A stretch of 64,000 nt of DNA from Hyphomicrobiaceae bacterium. Its GTDB lineage: Bacteria; Pseudomonadota; Alphaproteobacteria; Rhizobiales; Hyphomicrobiaceae. Both the position numbers and the translations under genes were made by a program. How positions within the stretch are numbered: the stretch's first letter is position 1; the number at the start of each line of letters is the position of its first letter. The notes beneath the pieces were generated by a model. The model did not search any database, was not told the origin of the DNA, and was given only the letters and a program-made list of their open reading frames with translations. The DNA lies in assembly GCA_044507625.1 (NCBI GenBank), contig JBIQJE010000009.1, positions 31,842-95,841 of the forward strand, in the 5' to 3' direction. Positions 28,304 to 37,067 of the stretch are shown in pieces.

Positions 28304-28648
28304 TTTGAGAGTGAGAATATACGCCGCGATGTCGCCGATCTCCTCGCGCGTCAGATGGATGGTCGGCATCGGCGGATGCGGGATGACGATCGCGCCGGCG
28401 ATGGTTTCAGCGCTCTGCCCGGGCTCGTTGGCGATGCGCATGAAGCTTGGCACGTCCGCAGGCACGGTGCCCTCTGCGGTCGGGCCGACGATATGGCACC
28501 CCACGCAAAGCTTTTCCGCGATCTGCTTGCCGGTTTTGGCGTCGGGATGGATCTGAGCCATCAGCGAGGAGCCGGTGAGCGTCAACGCGGCAATGAGAAT
28601 GCCGAGGTAGAGCGCGGTGCCGCCGTCCTTGCTGGTTTCTCGAAGCAT
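28298..28648 (-). CDS. membrane-anchored c-type cytochrome
   Basis: CVGCH haem-binding motif, a distal PMP motif and an N-terminal anchor (ALYLGILIAALTLTG). ATG 28648 is preceded by GGAGGG. The maximal ORF starts at TTG 28678. Confidence 0.8.
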   Translation of the reverse strand: MLRETSKDGGTALYLGILIAALTLTGSSLMAQIHPDAKTGKQIAEKLCVGCHIVGPTAEGTVPADVPSFMRIANEPGQSAETIAGAIVIPHPPMPTIHLTREEIGDIAAYILTLKE

Positions 28649-28877
28649 GTAAGCCCTCCATCGCTCGCTGATCTTCAACAGCAGTCAACCCGAACGGCTT
28701 CCTGGAGGCGTTGCGCCCGGTCAAATCCGCGGGCCGAATTCGTATCTTCGCTGCGCCGCGATCGTCCAGGCCATCGTGTGCATAGTATCGAAAACGGGCG
28801 CCGAGGGGATCGGCGCCCGTTTTGATTGCAGTTGCTTCGTCCGGCGGCAGCTCCCCAGGGGAGGTGCCCCCCGCAGC

Positions 28878-30275
28878 TTAAGAGAGCTCGCGGATCTTGA
28901 AATTCAGGCCGCCCTTCGGCGTCAGCGTGACGGTGGCGTTGATGCCCGCCGGATCGTTGCCGACGTATTCGGGGCGGAAGCGGCGCAGCAGCAGCGACAG
29001 TGCGAGCGTGTTCTCGACCTGGCTCATCGCGCCGCCGATGCACGAACGCTTGCCGCCGCCAAACGGCAGATAGGAATACTTCACCTGCTTCTTGGCGGCG
29101 CCCGCCATCCAGCGCTCGGGACGGAACTCCTCCGGAGCCTCCCAGAAGCGCGGGTTGTGATGCGCGCCATAGGCAAACAGCACCACGCGGTCGCCGGGGC
29201 GGATTTCCTTGCCGCCGATCACGTCGTGCTCGCTGGCAACGCGGATGAGCCCCCAGATCGGCGGATAGATCCGCATCGTCTCCTGGATGACGGCGCGCGT
29301 GTAGGCGAGCGCCGAGTAGTCCGCCGCGGTCGGCTCGCGATCGCCATAGACGGCCTCGCCCTCCTTGCGGATGCGCTCGGCGGCTTCCGGGTTGCGGGCG
29401 GTCTCGTAAAGGGCCCAGGCCAGCGTCAGCGCCGTGGTTTCGGTGCCGGCCCACAGGTACTGCTTCAGCTCGTCGACAGCCTGCTGGGCGTCGAATTCGG
29501 GCATGTTCGGATCGGCGGCTGCCGCCTGGATCATCTTGAGGAGGGTGCGCTCGCGCTCTTCGCGCGGATCGGCGCCGATGACGGCAGGGGGCACGCTCGC
29601 CCACACTTCCATCGCCTTCGCCGCGTCCTCCTCGGTGATCTCGAAGATCTCGCCTGCCTGCTTCTTGAGGCGGATCTCCTTGTGATTCATCACGTCGGTG
29701 TAGGTCTTTACGCACTTGAAGACGAAGTGCGGATTGAAGGGCATGTCACGGTCGAACAGCGCCTTGCAGATCATGTCCGCCGCGAGCGTCCACGTCTGCT
29801 CGACCATCTCGATGGTCTCGCCTGACTTCGCCACCTTGGACCACATGTCCATCTTGGTGCGGATAGCCGCCAGGAAGTACGGGATGTACTCGGCGAACAT
29901 GTCGGGATGGAACGCGGGCTGCTGCGGCATGCGGATCTTCTGCCAGAGCACGCCGTCGTTCGTGATCATCGACTTGCCGAAGATGGGCTTCAGGCCGTCG
30001 AAATATTTTATGTAGGCATCTACTTTCGTCACAAGCACATGCTTGAAGTGCTCGGGCTCCGACAACAGCACGATGCGCTGGTTGGCGAGGTTGATGGGGA
30101 TGACCGGGCCGTAGCGCTCCGCCATCTGCATGAGGATGTGCAGCGGGTTGTCTACGCCAGCCTTGAGTAGAGGCGTCAGCTTGAACCAGATGCTCGATTC
30201 CTCGCCGAGCCCTTGAGCGTGGGCTGGCGCATCCACATCCGTGCTGGGTGTGGGCTGTTTTGCCGTTGCGGTCAT
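28878..30275 (-). CDS. cytochrome P450
   Basis: FGGGKRSCIGGAM haem-thiolate loop, ETMR (ExxR) motif and AGTETT I-helix. ATG 30275 is preceded by GGGAGAG. Confidence 0.9.
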   Translation of the reverse strand: MTATAKQPTPSTDVDAPAHAQGLGEESSIWFKLTPLLKAGVDNPLHILMQMAERYGPVIPINLANQRIVLLSEPEHFKHVLVTKVDAYIKYFDGLKPIFGKSMITNDGVLWQKIRMPQQPAFHPDMFAEYIPYFLAAIRTKMDMWSKVAKSGETIEMVEQTWTLAADMICKALFDRDMPFNPHFVFKCVKTYTDVMNHKEIRLKKQAGEIFEITEEDAAKAMEVWASVPPAVIGADPREERERTLLKMIQAAAADPNMPEFDAQQAVDELKQYLWAGTETTALTLAWALYETARNPEAAERIRKEGEAVYGDREPTAADYSALAYTRAVIQETMRIYPPIWGLIRVASEHDVIGGKEIRPGDRVVLFAYGAHHNPRFWEAPEEFRPERWMAGAAKKQVKYSYLPFGGGKRSCIGGAMSQVENTLALSLLLRRFRPEYVGNDPAGINATVTLTPKGGLNFKIRELS

Positions 30276-30506
30276 GACGTCTCTCCCGGCGAGAAGGCCG
30301 TTCAAACGCACTTCTATGCCTAATCCAGCCAACGGGTTGTAAACTGGGCTGCGGGAAGGACCCGCATGGACATTCTGCTCGGACGAGCAGACCTCCCCCC
30401 AAGGCTGCGAGATGAGTAGCACTCGCTACGCGCAAGTGTCCATGCGACCACGCGTTTCCGCTTCACTTTGGCGCCAAGGCGCTGATCTGAAGCAACGCCC
30501 GCAGCG

Positions 30507-31166
30507 TCACTTCAAAGGTGGCCAGTACAACGGTTTTGCTTGGTTAACCGGGACTTGCATGATTTTGACCCGCTCGCCTTCGATGGCAGCCCTGCCCGAG
30601 GCGATGAGCGAAAGTGCATGAGGATAAAGAAGGTGTTCGGCCTCCAGCACACGCGCCGCGAGCAATTCCGGTGTGTCATCGGACAGAACGGGAACGGCGG
30701 CCTGGGCGATGATCGGCCCGGCGTCGAGCTCGGGACGTACGATATGCACCGTGCAGCCGGCGAGCTTCGCACCCGCGGCGAGGGCGCGTTCGTGCGTATC
30801 GAGGCCCTTGAAGGCTGGTAGCAGCGAGGGGTGGATGTTCAGCATCCTGTCCCGCCAGCGCTCCACGAAGCCGGCGGTCATCTTCCGCATGAAGCCTGCG
30901 CACGCGACGATATCGACGTTGGCAGCGCGCAGCGCCGCATCGAGCTGCTCCTCGAAGGCTTCGCGCGTGGCGAACGCCTTGTGATCGATGGCCTGTGTCG
31001 CGATGCCCGCCGCCGAAGCGCGCGCAAGTCCCTCCGCCCCGGGGCGGTTGGAGAGCACGCATACGATCTCGGCAGGATAGTCCGGTTCTCGCGCAGCGGC
31101 GATGAGCGAGGCCATGTTGGAGCCCCGACCGGAGATGAGAATGCCGATTCGCTTTTTCGCTGCCAT
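30507..31166 (-). CDS. purN: phosphoribosylglycinamide formyltransferase
   Basis: IGILISGRGSN..NIHPSLLP..D.GPII are canonical PurN motifs. Confidence 0.93.
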   Translation of the reverse strand: MAAKKRIGILISGRGSNMASLIAAAREPDYPAEIVCVLSNRPGAEGLARASAAGIATQAIDHKAFATREAFEEQLDAALRAANVDIVACAGFMRKMTAGFVERWRDRMLNIHPSLLPAFKGLDTHERALAAGAKLAGCTVHIVRPELDAGPIIAQAAVPVLSDDTPELLAARVLEAEHLLYPHALSLIASGRAAIEGERVKIMQVPVNQAKPLYWPPLK

Positions 31167-31180
31167 GGCGCTCCCTTAGA

Positions 31181-31333
31181 GTGCTTCCGGAAAAGTGGGA
31201 ACCGGTTTTCCGATAAGAAGCACGACCAAGAGTGAGTGCTTCCGGAAAAGTGGGAACCGGTTTTCCGATAAGAAGCACGACCAAGAGTGAGTGCTTCCGG
31301 AAAAGTGGGAACCGGTTTTCCGATAAGAAGCAC
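31181..31333 (+). repeat. 3 tandem copies (period 55 bp) of the same 43-nt hairpin element as at 17073
   Basis: GTGCTTCCGGAAAAGTGGGAACCGGTTTTCCGATAAGAAGCAC occurs at 31181, 31236 and 31291. The array begins 15 nt upstream of the purN start codon. Confidence 0.88.
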
Positions 31334-31347
31334 GACCAAACAATGGT

Positions 31348-31390
31348 CTAGAGCCGTTCTGCGTTTCTAGCTAAACCGGAACGGCTCTAG
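31348..31390. repeat. second palindromic element (12-bp stem)
   Basis: CTAGAGCCGTTC-19 nt-GAACGGCTCTAG lies directly after the hairpin array. Confidence 0.6.
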
Positions 31391-31526
31391 CACGAGACTG
31401 AAGCTCGCAGCCCATCAGCTGCGAAGCGATTTGCATTCTCCGGGCGCGAAGGTTGGTGGCCGCATCCGGCAAATGTGGTTAAGGTTCGCACATCATTCGC
31501 ATCACAGCACATGGAGGCCGACGACC

Positions 31527-31880
31527 ATGCCCGGATGCACCGATCCTCAACATGCCCATCACGACCACCAGCACGGCCCCGGCTGCGGACACACCGCCGT
31601 CCGCCACGGCGACCACGTCGATTACCTGCACGATGGACACTTGCACCATCCCCATGGCGATCACGTGCACGAGCACGTCATCGAGGTATCCGACCGCAAC
31701 CCCGATCGCTGTACGCCGGAGCACCGCTGTGCCGGCCATGAGCCTGGCCACGTGCACGGCCCGGGCTGTGGACACGAAGCAGTCCCGCACGGCGACCACA
31801 TCGATTATCTCGTCGATGGACACCTGCATCACCCGCACGGTGACCATTGCGACGACCACGGGCCCCTCGAAAAGGCCTGA
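31527..31880 (+). CDS. histidine-rich putative metal-binding protein (internal duplication)
   Basis: GGAGG lies 9 nt upstream of the ATG. 117 aa with 29 His and 6 Cys (my count). The unit HGPGCGH-x-AV-x-HGDH-x-DYL-x-DGHLHHPHGDH occurs twice. Confidence 0.65.
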   Translation: MPGCTDPQHAHHDHQHGPGCGHTAVRHGDHVDYLHDGHLHHPHGDHVHEHVIEVSDRNPDRCTPEHRCAGHEPGHVHGPGCGHEAVPHGDHIDYLVDGHLHHPHGDHCDDHGPLEKA

Positions 31881-32009
31881 GGCGCGCCCCTTGCTTGGCG
31901 GGCCGGGCAGGACATCCGCAGGGGAGCCAATCCCGCGAATGTGCGTGGCGGCCTGCATGCGCATGAACGGAAAGAGCAGCGGCTCCGCAGCTGCTCTGTG
32001 CAGGCGGTG

Positions 32010-33134
32010 TTATGCGTAGCGGAGCGAGCCGGTGTACTGCACGGCCCAGGCGTTGCCGCGCCCCTTCGCTTCGGAGCGCTCTCCTCCCGGCGGCACGATC
32101 TCGCCCATGACATACGGCGCCTCGCCTGCCTCCTGCAGCGCGCGAAGAACCGCATCGGTCTCGCCCGCAGCAACGACGAGCACCATGCCGATGCCGCAGT
32201 TGAACGTCTTCAGCATCTCGGCATCCGAAAGGCGTCCCGTCTCCGCCAGCCAGCCGAACACCGGCACCGCCGGGATGGCCGCCAGGTCGATGCGTGCAGC
32301 GACGCTTTCCGGCAGCACCCGCGGCACGTTTTCCGAAAGGCCGCCACCTGTAATGTGGGCGAGTGCCTTCACCGCGCCTTCCGTTCCCCCTGTCGCTTCG
32401 ATCGCCGCGAGCACCGGCCTCACATAGATCCGTGTCGGCGCAAGCAGCTCCGTGGCGAGGGTGCTCGCGGAGGCAAACGGCGCCGGAGCATCCCAGGCAA
32501 GGCCGCTTTCCTTAACGAGCCGGCGGACGAGCGAATAGCCGTTGGAGTGCACGCCCGAGGAAGCGAGCCCGATCAGCACGTCCCCGACGGCGATATCGCT
32601 CCGTGGCAGGAGCTGGCCCCGCTCCGCCGCGCCGACGGCAAAGCCCGCAAGATCATAATCGCCGGCCTGGTACATGCCCGGCATCTCGGCCGTCTCGCCG
32701 CCGATAAGGGCGCAGCCGGCTTGCTTGCATCCCTCGGCGATGCCCGCCACGACGGTGCTCGCCGTTTCGACGTCGAGCTTCCCGCACGCGAAATAGTCGA
32801 GGAAAAACAACGGCTCGGCGCCTTGCACGACGAGGTCGTTGACGCACATGGCGACGAGATCGATGCCGATCGTGGCGTGCTGGCCCGTGTCGATCGCGAT
32901 CTTGAGCTTGGTGCCGACGCCGTCCGTGGCCGAAACCAGCACGGGGTCGCGGAAACCCGCCCCCTTGAGGTCGAACAGCCCGCCGAAGCCGCCGAGGTCG
33001 GTATCCGAGCCGGCGCGCTGCGTCGCCCGGGCCAGCGGCTTGATCAGCTCGACCAGCCGGTTTCCCGCGTCGATATCGACGCCAGCGTCGCGATAGGTGA
33101 TGGCCGGGTTGCGTTCCCGATCAGGCTCTGTCAT
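32010..33134 (-). CDS. purM: phosphoribosylformylglycinamidine cyclo-ligase
   Basis: [25 protein letters not shown] are canonical PurM motifs. Confidence 0.95.
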   Translation of the reverse strand: MTEPDRERNPAITYRDAGVDIDAGNRLVELIKPLARATQRAGSDTDLGGFGGLFDLKGAGFRDPVLVSATDGVGTKLKIAIDTGQHATIGIDLVAMCVNDLVVQGAEPLFFLDYFACGKLDVETASTVVAGIAEGCKQAGCALIGGETAEMPGMYQAGDYDLAGFAVGAAERGQLLPRSDIAVGDVLIGLASSGVHSNGYSLVRRLVKESGLAWDAPAPFASASTLATELLAPTRIYVRPVLAAIEATGGTEGAVKALAHITGGGLSENVPRVLPESVAARIDLAAIPAVPVFGWLAETGRLSDAEMLKTFNCGIGMVLVVAAGETDAVLRALQEAGEAPYVMGEIVPPGGERSEAKGRGNAWAVQYTGSLRYA

Positions 33135-33268
33135 GTGACCTTGGAACCCAACTTCTGCCTGTTTGCCTGCGAAAGATGCCGCGTCCCTAGCAGCTTCTGC
33201 GGGTCATGGGCAACTCGCGGCATATCGAACCCTCGGCAAATACCGGGGAAACCGAGGAGGAGAAGTGC

Positions 33269-34393
33269 GTGCGGCCGGTTCGACCCGATTTTCTGGGCGT
33301 TTTTCTAATGGTTGCGCTTCTGGTCTCCGGCGTCGGCGCTGCCGCCGCCGATGATGAGGTCTTCACGGTCGGCAACTATCCGGTGGACGCGCAGGACGCC
33401 AACGCCGTGGCCGCCAAGCGCAAGGCCATGGCGGACGGCCAGGAGGCGGCATTCCGCTCCCTTCTGAAGCGCCTCGTGCCGGTCACCAGCTATGAGCGCC
33501 TGAAGCGGCTTTCGAGCCTCAAGGCCTCCGGCTTCCTCGAAGGGGTCTCGGTGCGCTCCGAGCGCAACTCCACCACCCGCTATATCGCCAGCCTCGACTT
33601 CTCCTTTCGGCCCGACACCGTGCGCACCGTCCTGCAGCAGGAGGGGATCCCCTTCGTGGAGGAGCAGGCGCGCGAGATCATGGTCGTGCCGGTCGTGCGC
33701 AACGCGGATGGCTCGGTCGATGGCGGCGCGGCCTCCCGCGCCTGGACCGAAGCTTGGAAGAGCCTCGACCTCGACCACTCGCTGGCACCGTTCACGCTCG
33801 AGGCCCTGAAGGCCGCGATCACGCCCGATGCGCTGAAAAAGGCCGCGGACGGCAGCGGAGGCGCTGAGCGCATTATCGCGGGCGCCTACGGCTCGCCCTA
33901 TGTCGTTCTCGCCATCGCCGATCCCGACCCCGCCGCGAAGCGCCTCGTGGTGACGCTATCGGGAATTGACGGGGTGGGTGGCATTGGCCTCAAGCGCAGC
34001 TATCGCATCTATGACGGCGATACCGCCTATGCGATGGAGCTCGCCGCCGTCGTGGGGCTCGGTGTGCTGGAGGGGCGCTGGAAGGCGAAGAAGGTTCCTC
34101 CCGCCGCCGGTTCGAACTACGCGCCCCCCTACGCCGCGACGTCGTCCGGCGGTGGTACGCAGATCGCGATGCGCGCCCAGTACAGCAGCCTCGCCGAGTG
34201 GAGCGAGATGCGCCGCCAGCTCCTCAATCTGCCGGGCGTGGAGGATCTCCACATCGATGCGGAATCGGCGAGGGGGGCGGACCTCAGTCTGCGTTTCCCT
34301 GGCGGCGCCCCCGAGCTTGCCTCGGCGCTGTCCGGGCGCGGCCTCTCCCTCGAGAACGGCGCCGATCGCCTCATCCTCCGCTCATCATTTTAG
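33269..34393 (+). CDS. secreted DUF2066-like protein
   Basis: GTG start with GAGGAGGAG 6 nt upstream. Signal peptide (..LLVSGVGAAAA). Divergent from purM, as I recall for DUF2066 genes in Rhizobiales. Confidence 0.65.
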   Translation: MRPVRPDFLGVFLMVALLVSGVGAAAADDEVFTVGNYPVDAQDANAVAAKRKAMADGQEAAFRSLLKRLVPVTSYERLKRLSSLKASGFLEGVSVRSERNSTTRYIASLDFSFRPDTVRTVLQQEGIPFVEEQAREIMVVPVVRNADGSVDGGAASRAWTEAWKSLDLDHSLAPFTLEALKAAITPDALKKAADGSGGAERIIAGAYGSPYVVLAIADPDPAAKRLVVTLSGIDGVGGIGLKRSYRIYDGDTAYAMELAAVVGLGVLEGRWKAKKVPPAAGSNYAPPYAATSSGGGTQIAMRAQYSSLAEWSEMRRQLLNLPGVEDLHIDAESARGADLSLRFPGGAPELASALSGRGLSLENGADRLILRSSF

Positions 34394-34508
34394 GCCAGGA
34401 TCGCCGGTAGGCGCTAAGCATGCCAACGGGGGCCGCGCCGCGCCCTGGATGGATGAGTAACGACGAGTTGGCCGGGCGCCGGCGGCCCGGTGAAGAGTAG
34501 GGACCAAC

Positions 34509-35072
34509 GTGGAGCGGTTGAACCTTCCCAACCTGATTACGCTGCTGCGGGTGATCCTGGTCCCCGTCGTGTTCTGGCTGCTCATCACCGACCAGACCCA
34601 GCTCGCGTTTGTGCTTTTCATCGTCGCCGGCATCTCCGATGCGGTCGACGGCTACCTTGCAAAAACCTTCGGCTGGCAGACCGAGCTTGGCGCCTATCTC
34701 GATCCGCTGGCCGACAAGCTGTTGATCGTAAGCATTTTTCTCGCCCTCGGCGTCGACGGAAAGCTGCCCCTGTGGCTGGTCGTGGCCGTGGTCTCGCGCG
34801 ATATCCTCATCGTCATTGCGGTCATTCTGTCCTGGCTGCTGAGCAACCCGGTGCGCATCCGTCCGCTCATCGTGTCGAAGGCGAATACGGTGGCGCAGAT
34901 CATTCTCGCCGGCACCGTCCTCGCCGACGAGGGCTTCGGCCTCGGGCTGGGTTGGGCGCGGTTCGTCCTCGTCTGGCTCACGGGTGCGCTCACCGTCGCA
35001 TCCCTGGCTGCCTATTTGCACAGTTGGCTGCTACACATGTCCGGTTATGAATCGCCGGGCGGGCGCAGCTGA
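34509..35072 (+). CDS. pgsA: CDP-diacylglycerol--glycerol-3-phosphate 3-phosphatidyltransferase
   Basis: CDP-alcohol phosphatidyltransferase motif DAVDGYLAK..G..LDPLADK. 187 aa with multiple TM helices. Confidence 0.85.
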   Translation: MERLNLPNLITLLRVILVPVVFWLLITDQTQLAFVLFIVAGISDAVDGYLAKTFGWQTELGAYLDPLADKLLIVSIFLALGVDGKLPLWLVVAVVSRDILIVIAVILSWLLSNPVRIRPLIVSKANTVAQIILAGTVLADEGFGLGLGWARFVLVWLTGALTVASLAAYLHSWLLHMSGYESPGGRS

Positions 35073-35123
35073 GCTGACGTGGCGTCAGCCGTGCGCAGGA
35101 ACGATGGCCGGGGGCCCCAAACG

Positions 35124-36260
35124 ATGCGCGTCGAACGTCAGGTGCTGTTCTGGCTGACCGCCGCGATCGTGCTCGTGCTGCTGGTCGCGCTGCTACGCGG
35201 CATCATCCTTCCGTTCGTCGCCGGCATTGTCATCGCCTACTTCCTCAATCCCGCCGCAGACCGTCTCACCAATTGGGGGCTGCCGCGCGGACTCGCCGCT
35301 GTGCTCATCGTGGCCGCCTTTGGCAGCCTCATCACGCTCGCGCTGATTTTCCTCGTGCCGCTGCTCGTCAATCAGGCGCAGCAGTTTGCCGTCGCGCTTC
35401 CCGATGAGATCGCCCGCCTGCGCGCTCTGATCGATACGTGGGCGCGCGAGCAGTTCGGCGCGCACTATCCCGAATTCGAAGCGGGCGTCGACCGCACCGC
35501 CGAGGCACTGGCCAACAACATGTCGAGCTTCGCGGGCTTCATCGCGGGCTCGCTGTGGAGCCAGGGCCGCGCCCTGTTCGATTTCCTCTCGCTGCTGCTC
35601 GTGACGCCGCTCGTGGTGTTCTACGTGCTGATCGACTGGCATCCGATGCTGGCCAAGATCGATTCCTGGCTGCCCCGCGCGCATGCGCCGACGATCCGTC
35701 GCCTCGCCAGCGAGGTGAACGACGCCGTCTCGGCCTTTATCCGCGGCCAGGGAACGGTGTGCCTCATCCTCGCCCTCTACTATGCGGTCGCGCTGGCGAC
35801 GATGGGGCTGCGCTATGGTCTGCTCGTCGGTCTCGCAACGGGGCTCATGAGCTTTGTGCCCTTCGTTGGCTGGGCGCTCGGCCTCATCACGGCGACGACG
35901 ATTGCGGTGGTGCAGTTCTGGCCGGAGATGATGCCTATCCTCACCGTCGTCGCCATCTTCGCCGTGGCGCAGGTGCTCGACGCCGGCTTTCTTTCGCCCA
36001 ACATCGTCGGGTCGAAAATCGGCTTGCACCCCGTGTGGCTGATCTTTGCGCTCTTCGTGTTCAGCTATCTGTTCGGCTTCGTCGGCGTGCTGGTGGCCGT
36101 GCCCATCGCCGCGGCGATCGGCGTTGTCGTCCGCTTTGCGCTCAGGATCTATCTGGCGAGCCCCGTCTACAGCGGCATCGAGCCGGGTGCGGTTGCGCCG
36201 TTGCAAGTGACGACAGCATCTGCACAGCCTGTCGTGCGGACGAAACCAGTTTCGCCGTAA
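35124..36260 (+). CDS. AI-2E family transporter (PerM-like permease)
   Basis: About 378 aa and polytopic, with family-typical segments (FLNP..L..P..LA, GQ..V.L.L...Y, VPF.G). The maximal ORF starts at 35079. Confidence 0.8.
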   Translation: MRVERQVLFWLTAAIVLVLLVALLRGIILPFVAGIVIAYFLNPAADRLTNWGLPRGLAAVLIVAAFGSLITLALIFLVPLLVNQAQQFAVALPDEIARLRALIDTWAREQFGAHYPEFEAGVDRTAEALANNMSSFAGFIAGSLWSQGRALFDFLSLLLVTPLVVFYVLIDWHPMLAKIDSWLPRAHAPTIRRLASEVNDAVSAFIRGQGTVCLILALYYAVALATMGLRYGLLVGLATGLMSFVPFVGWALGLITATTIAVVQFWPEMMPILTVVAIFAVAQVLDAGFLSPNIVGSKIGLHPVWLIFALFVFSYLFGFVGVLVAVPIAAAIGVVVRFALRIYLASPVYSGIEPGAVAPLQVTTASAQPVVRTKPVSP

Positions 36261-36282
36261 TCATCCGCAATCTGACGCCGGC

Positions 36283-36972
36283 ATGACCACCATCTCTCCC
36301 CATCAGCTCGTTTTCGATCTCGCCCACCGCCAGGCGCTGGGGGCCGAGGATTTTCTTGTCAGCCGCTCCAACGATGCCGCGGTCGAGATGATCGATCGCT
36401 GGCCCGATTGGCCCCATCCCGCTTCGATCGTCGTCGGGCCGCAGGGTGCGGGCAAGAGCCACCTCGCCAACGTGTGGCGGCTGCGTTCCGGCGCTTCGGT
36501 CATCACGGCGGCTGCGCTGGATGATGGCGCCGTGGCGGCGCTCGCCGATGGGGGCGCCATCGTGGTGGAAGACCTCGACCGCGGGATCGCCGATGAGAAA
36601 GCGTTGTTCCATCTTTTGAACCGCGCCCGCGAGAGCAAGCTCGCGGTGCTCATCACATCGCGCGTGCCGCCCGGCGAGCAGGAGTTCCGCGTCCCCGACC
36701 TGCGCTCGCGCCTGCGCGCGATGCCGATGGCCGAGCTGCGGCCGCCGGACGAGCCATTGCTGAAGGCGGTTCTTGTGAAGCTGTTCGCCGATCGCCAGCT
36801 CAATGTCGAACCGCCCGTCATCGACTATCTCAGCCTGCGTATGGAGCGTTCGATGGCGGCCGCCAGCCAGATTGTCGCGGCGGCGGATCGACTGGCGTTA
36901 TCGAAACACCGTAAGGTGACGCGGCCCTTGGTCGCTGAGGTGCTCGCAAGCCTGGATGAGACCCGTGAATAA
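36283..36972 (+). CDS. hdaA: DnaA-related regulatory inactivator HdaA
   Basis: QLVFDL..GAEDFLVS.SN..A...I..WP.WP..GPQGAGKSHL has the HdaA layout. Confidence 0.8.
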   Translation: MTTISPHQLVFDLAHRQALGAEDFLVSRSNDAAVEMIDRWPDWPHPASIVVGPQGAGKSHLANVWRLRSGASVITAAALDDGAVAALADGGAIVVEDLDRGIADEKALFHLLNRARESKLAVLITSRVPPGEQEFRVPDLRSRLRAMPMAELRPPDEPLLKAVLVKLFADRQLNVEPPVIDYLSLRMERSMAAASQIVAAADRLALSKHRKVTRPLVAEVLASLDETRE

Positions 36973-37067
36973 ATAGGTTTGGCACGGGGTTCGTGGCTTA
37001 CATGTCATATTTGTGACCTACGGTGTCGTCGTCGCCCGGTGGGCGGATTGCGATCGGGGATGGCGAG

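Noticed and set aside
27491-28825. 444-aa plus ORF spanning the tandem repeat, with repeated PTAARRQGRPARAPA peptides
   Set aside because: The repetition is just the translated 116-123-bp DNA repeat. The ORF also overlaps the DHFR-family gene and the cytochrome c gene out of frame or antisense.
31941-33308. 455-aa plus ORF antisense to purM
   Set aside because: purM on the minus strand is canonical. The plus-strand product is low-complexity and Arg-rich.
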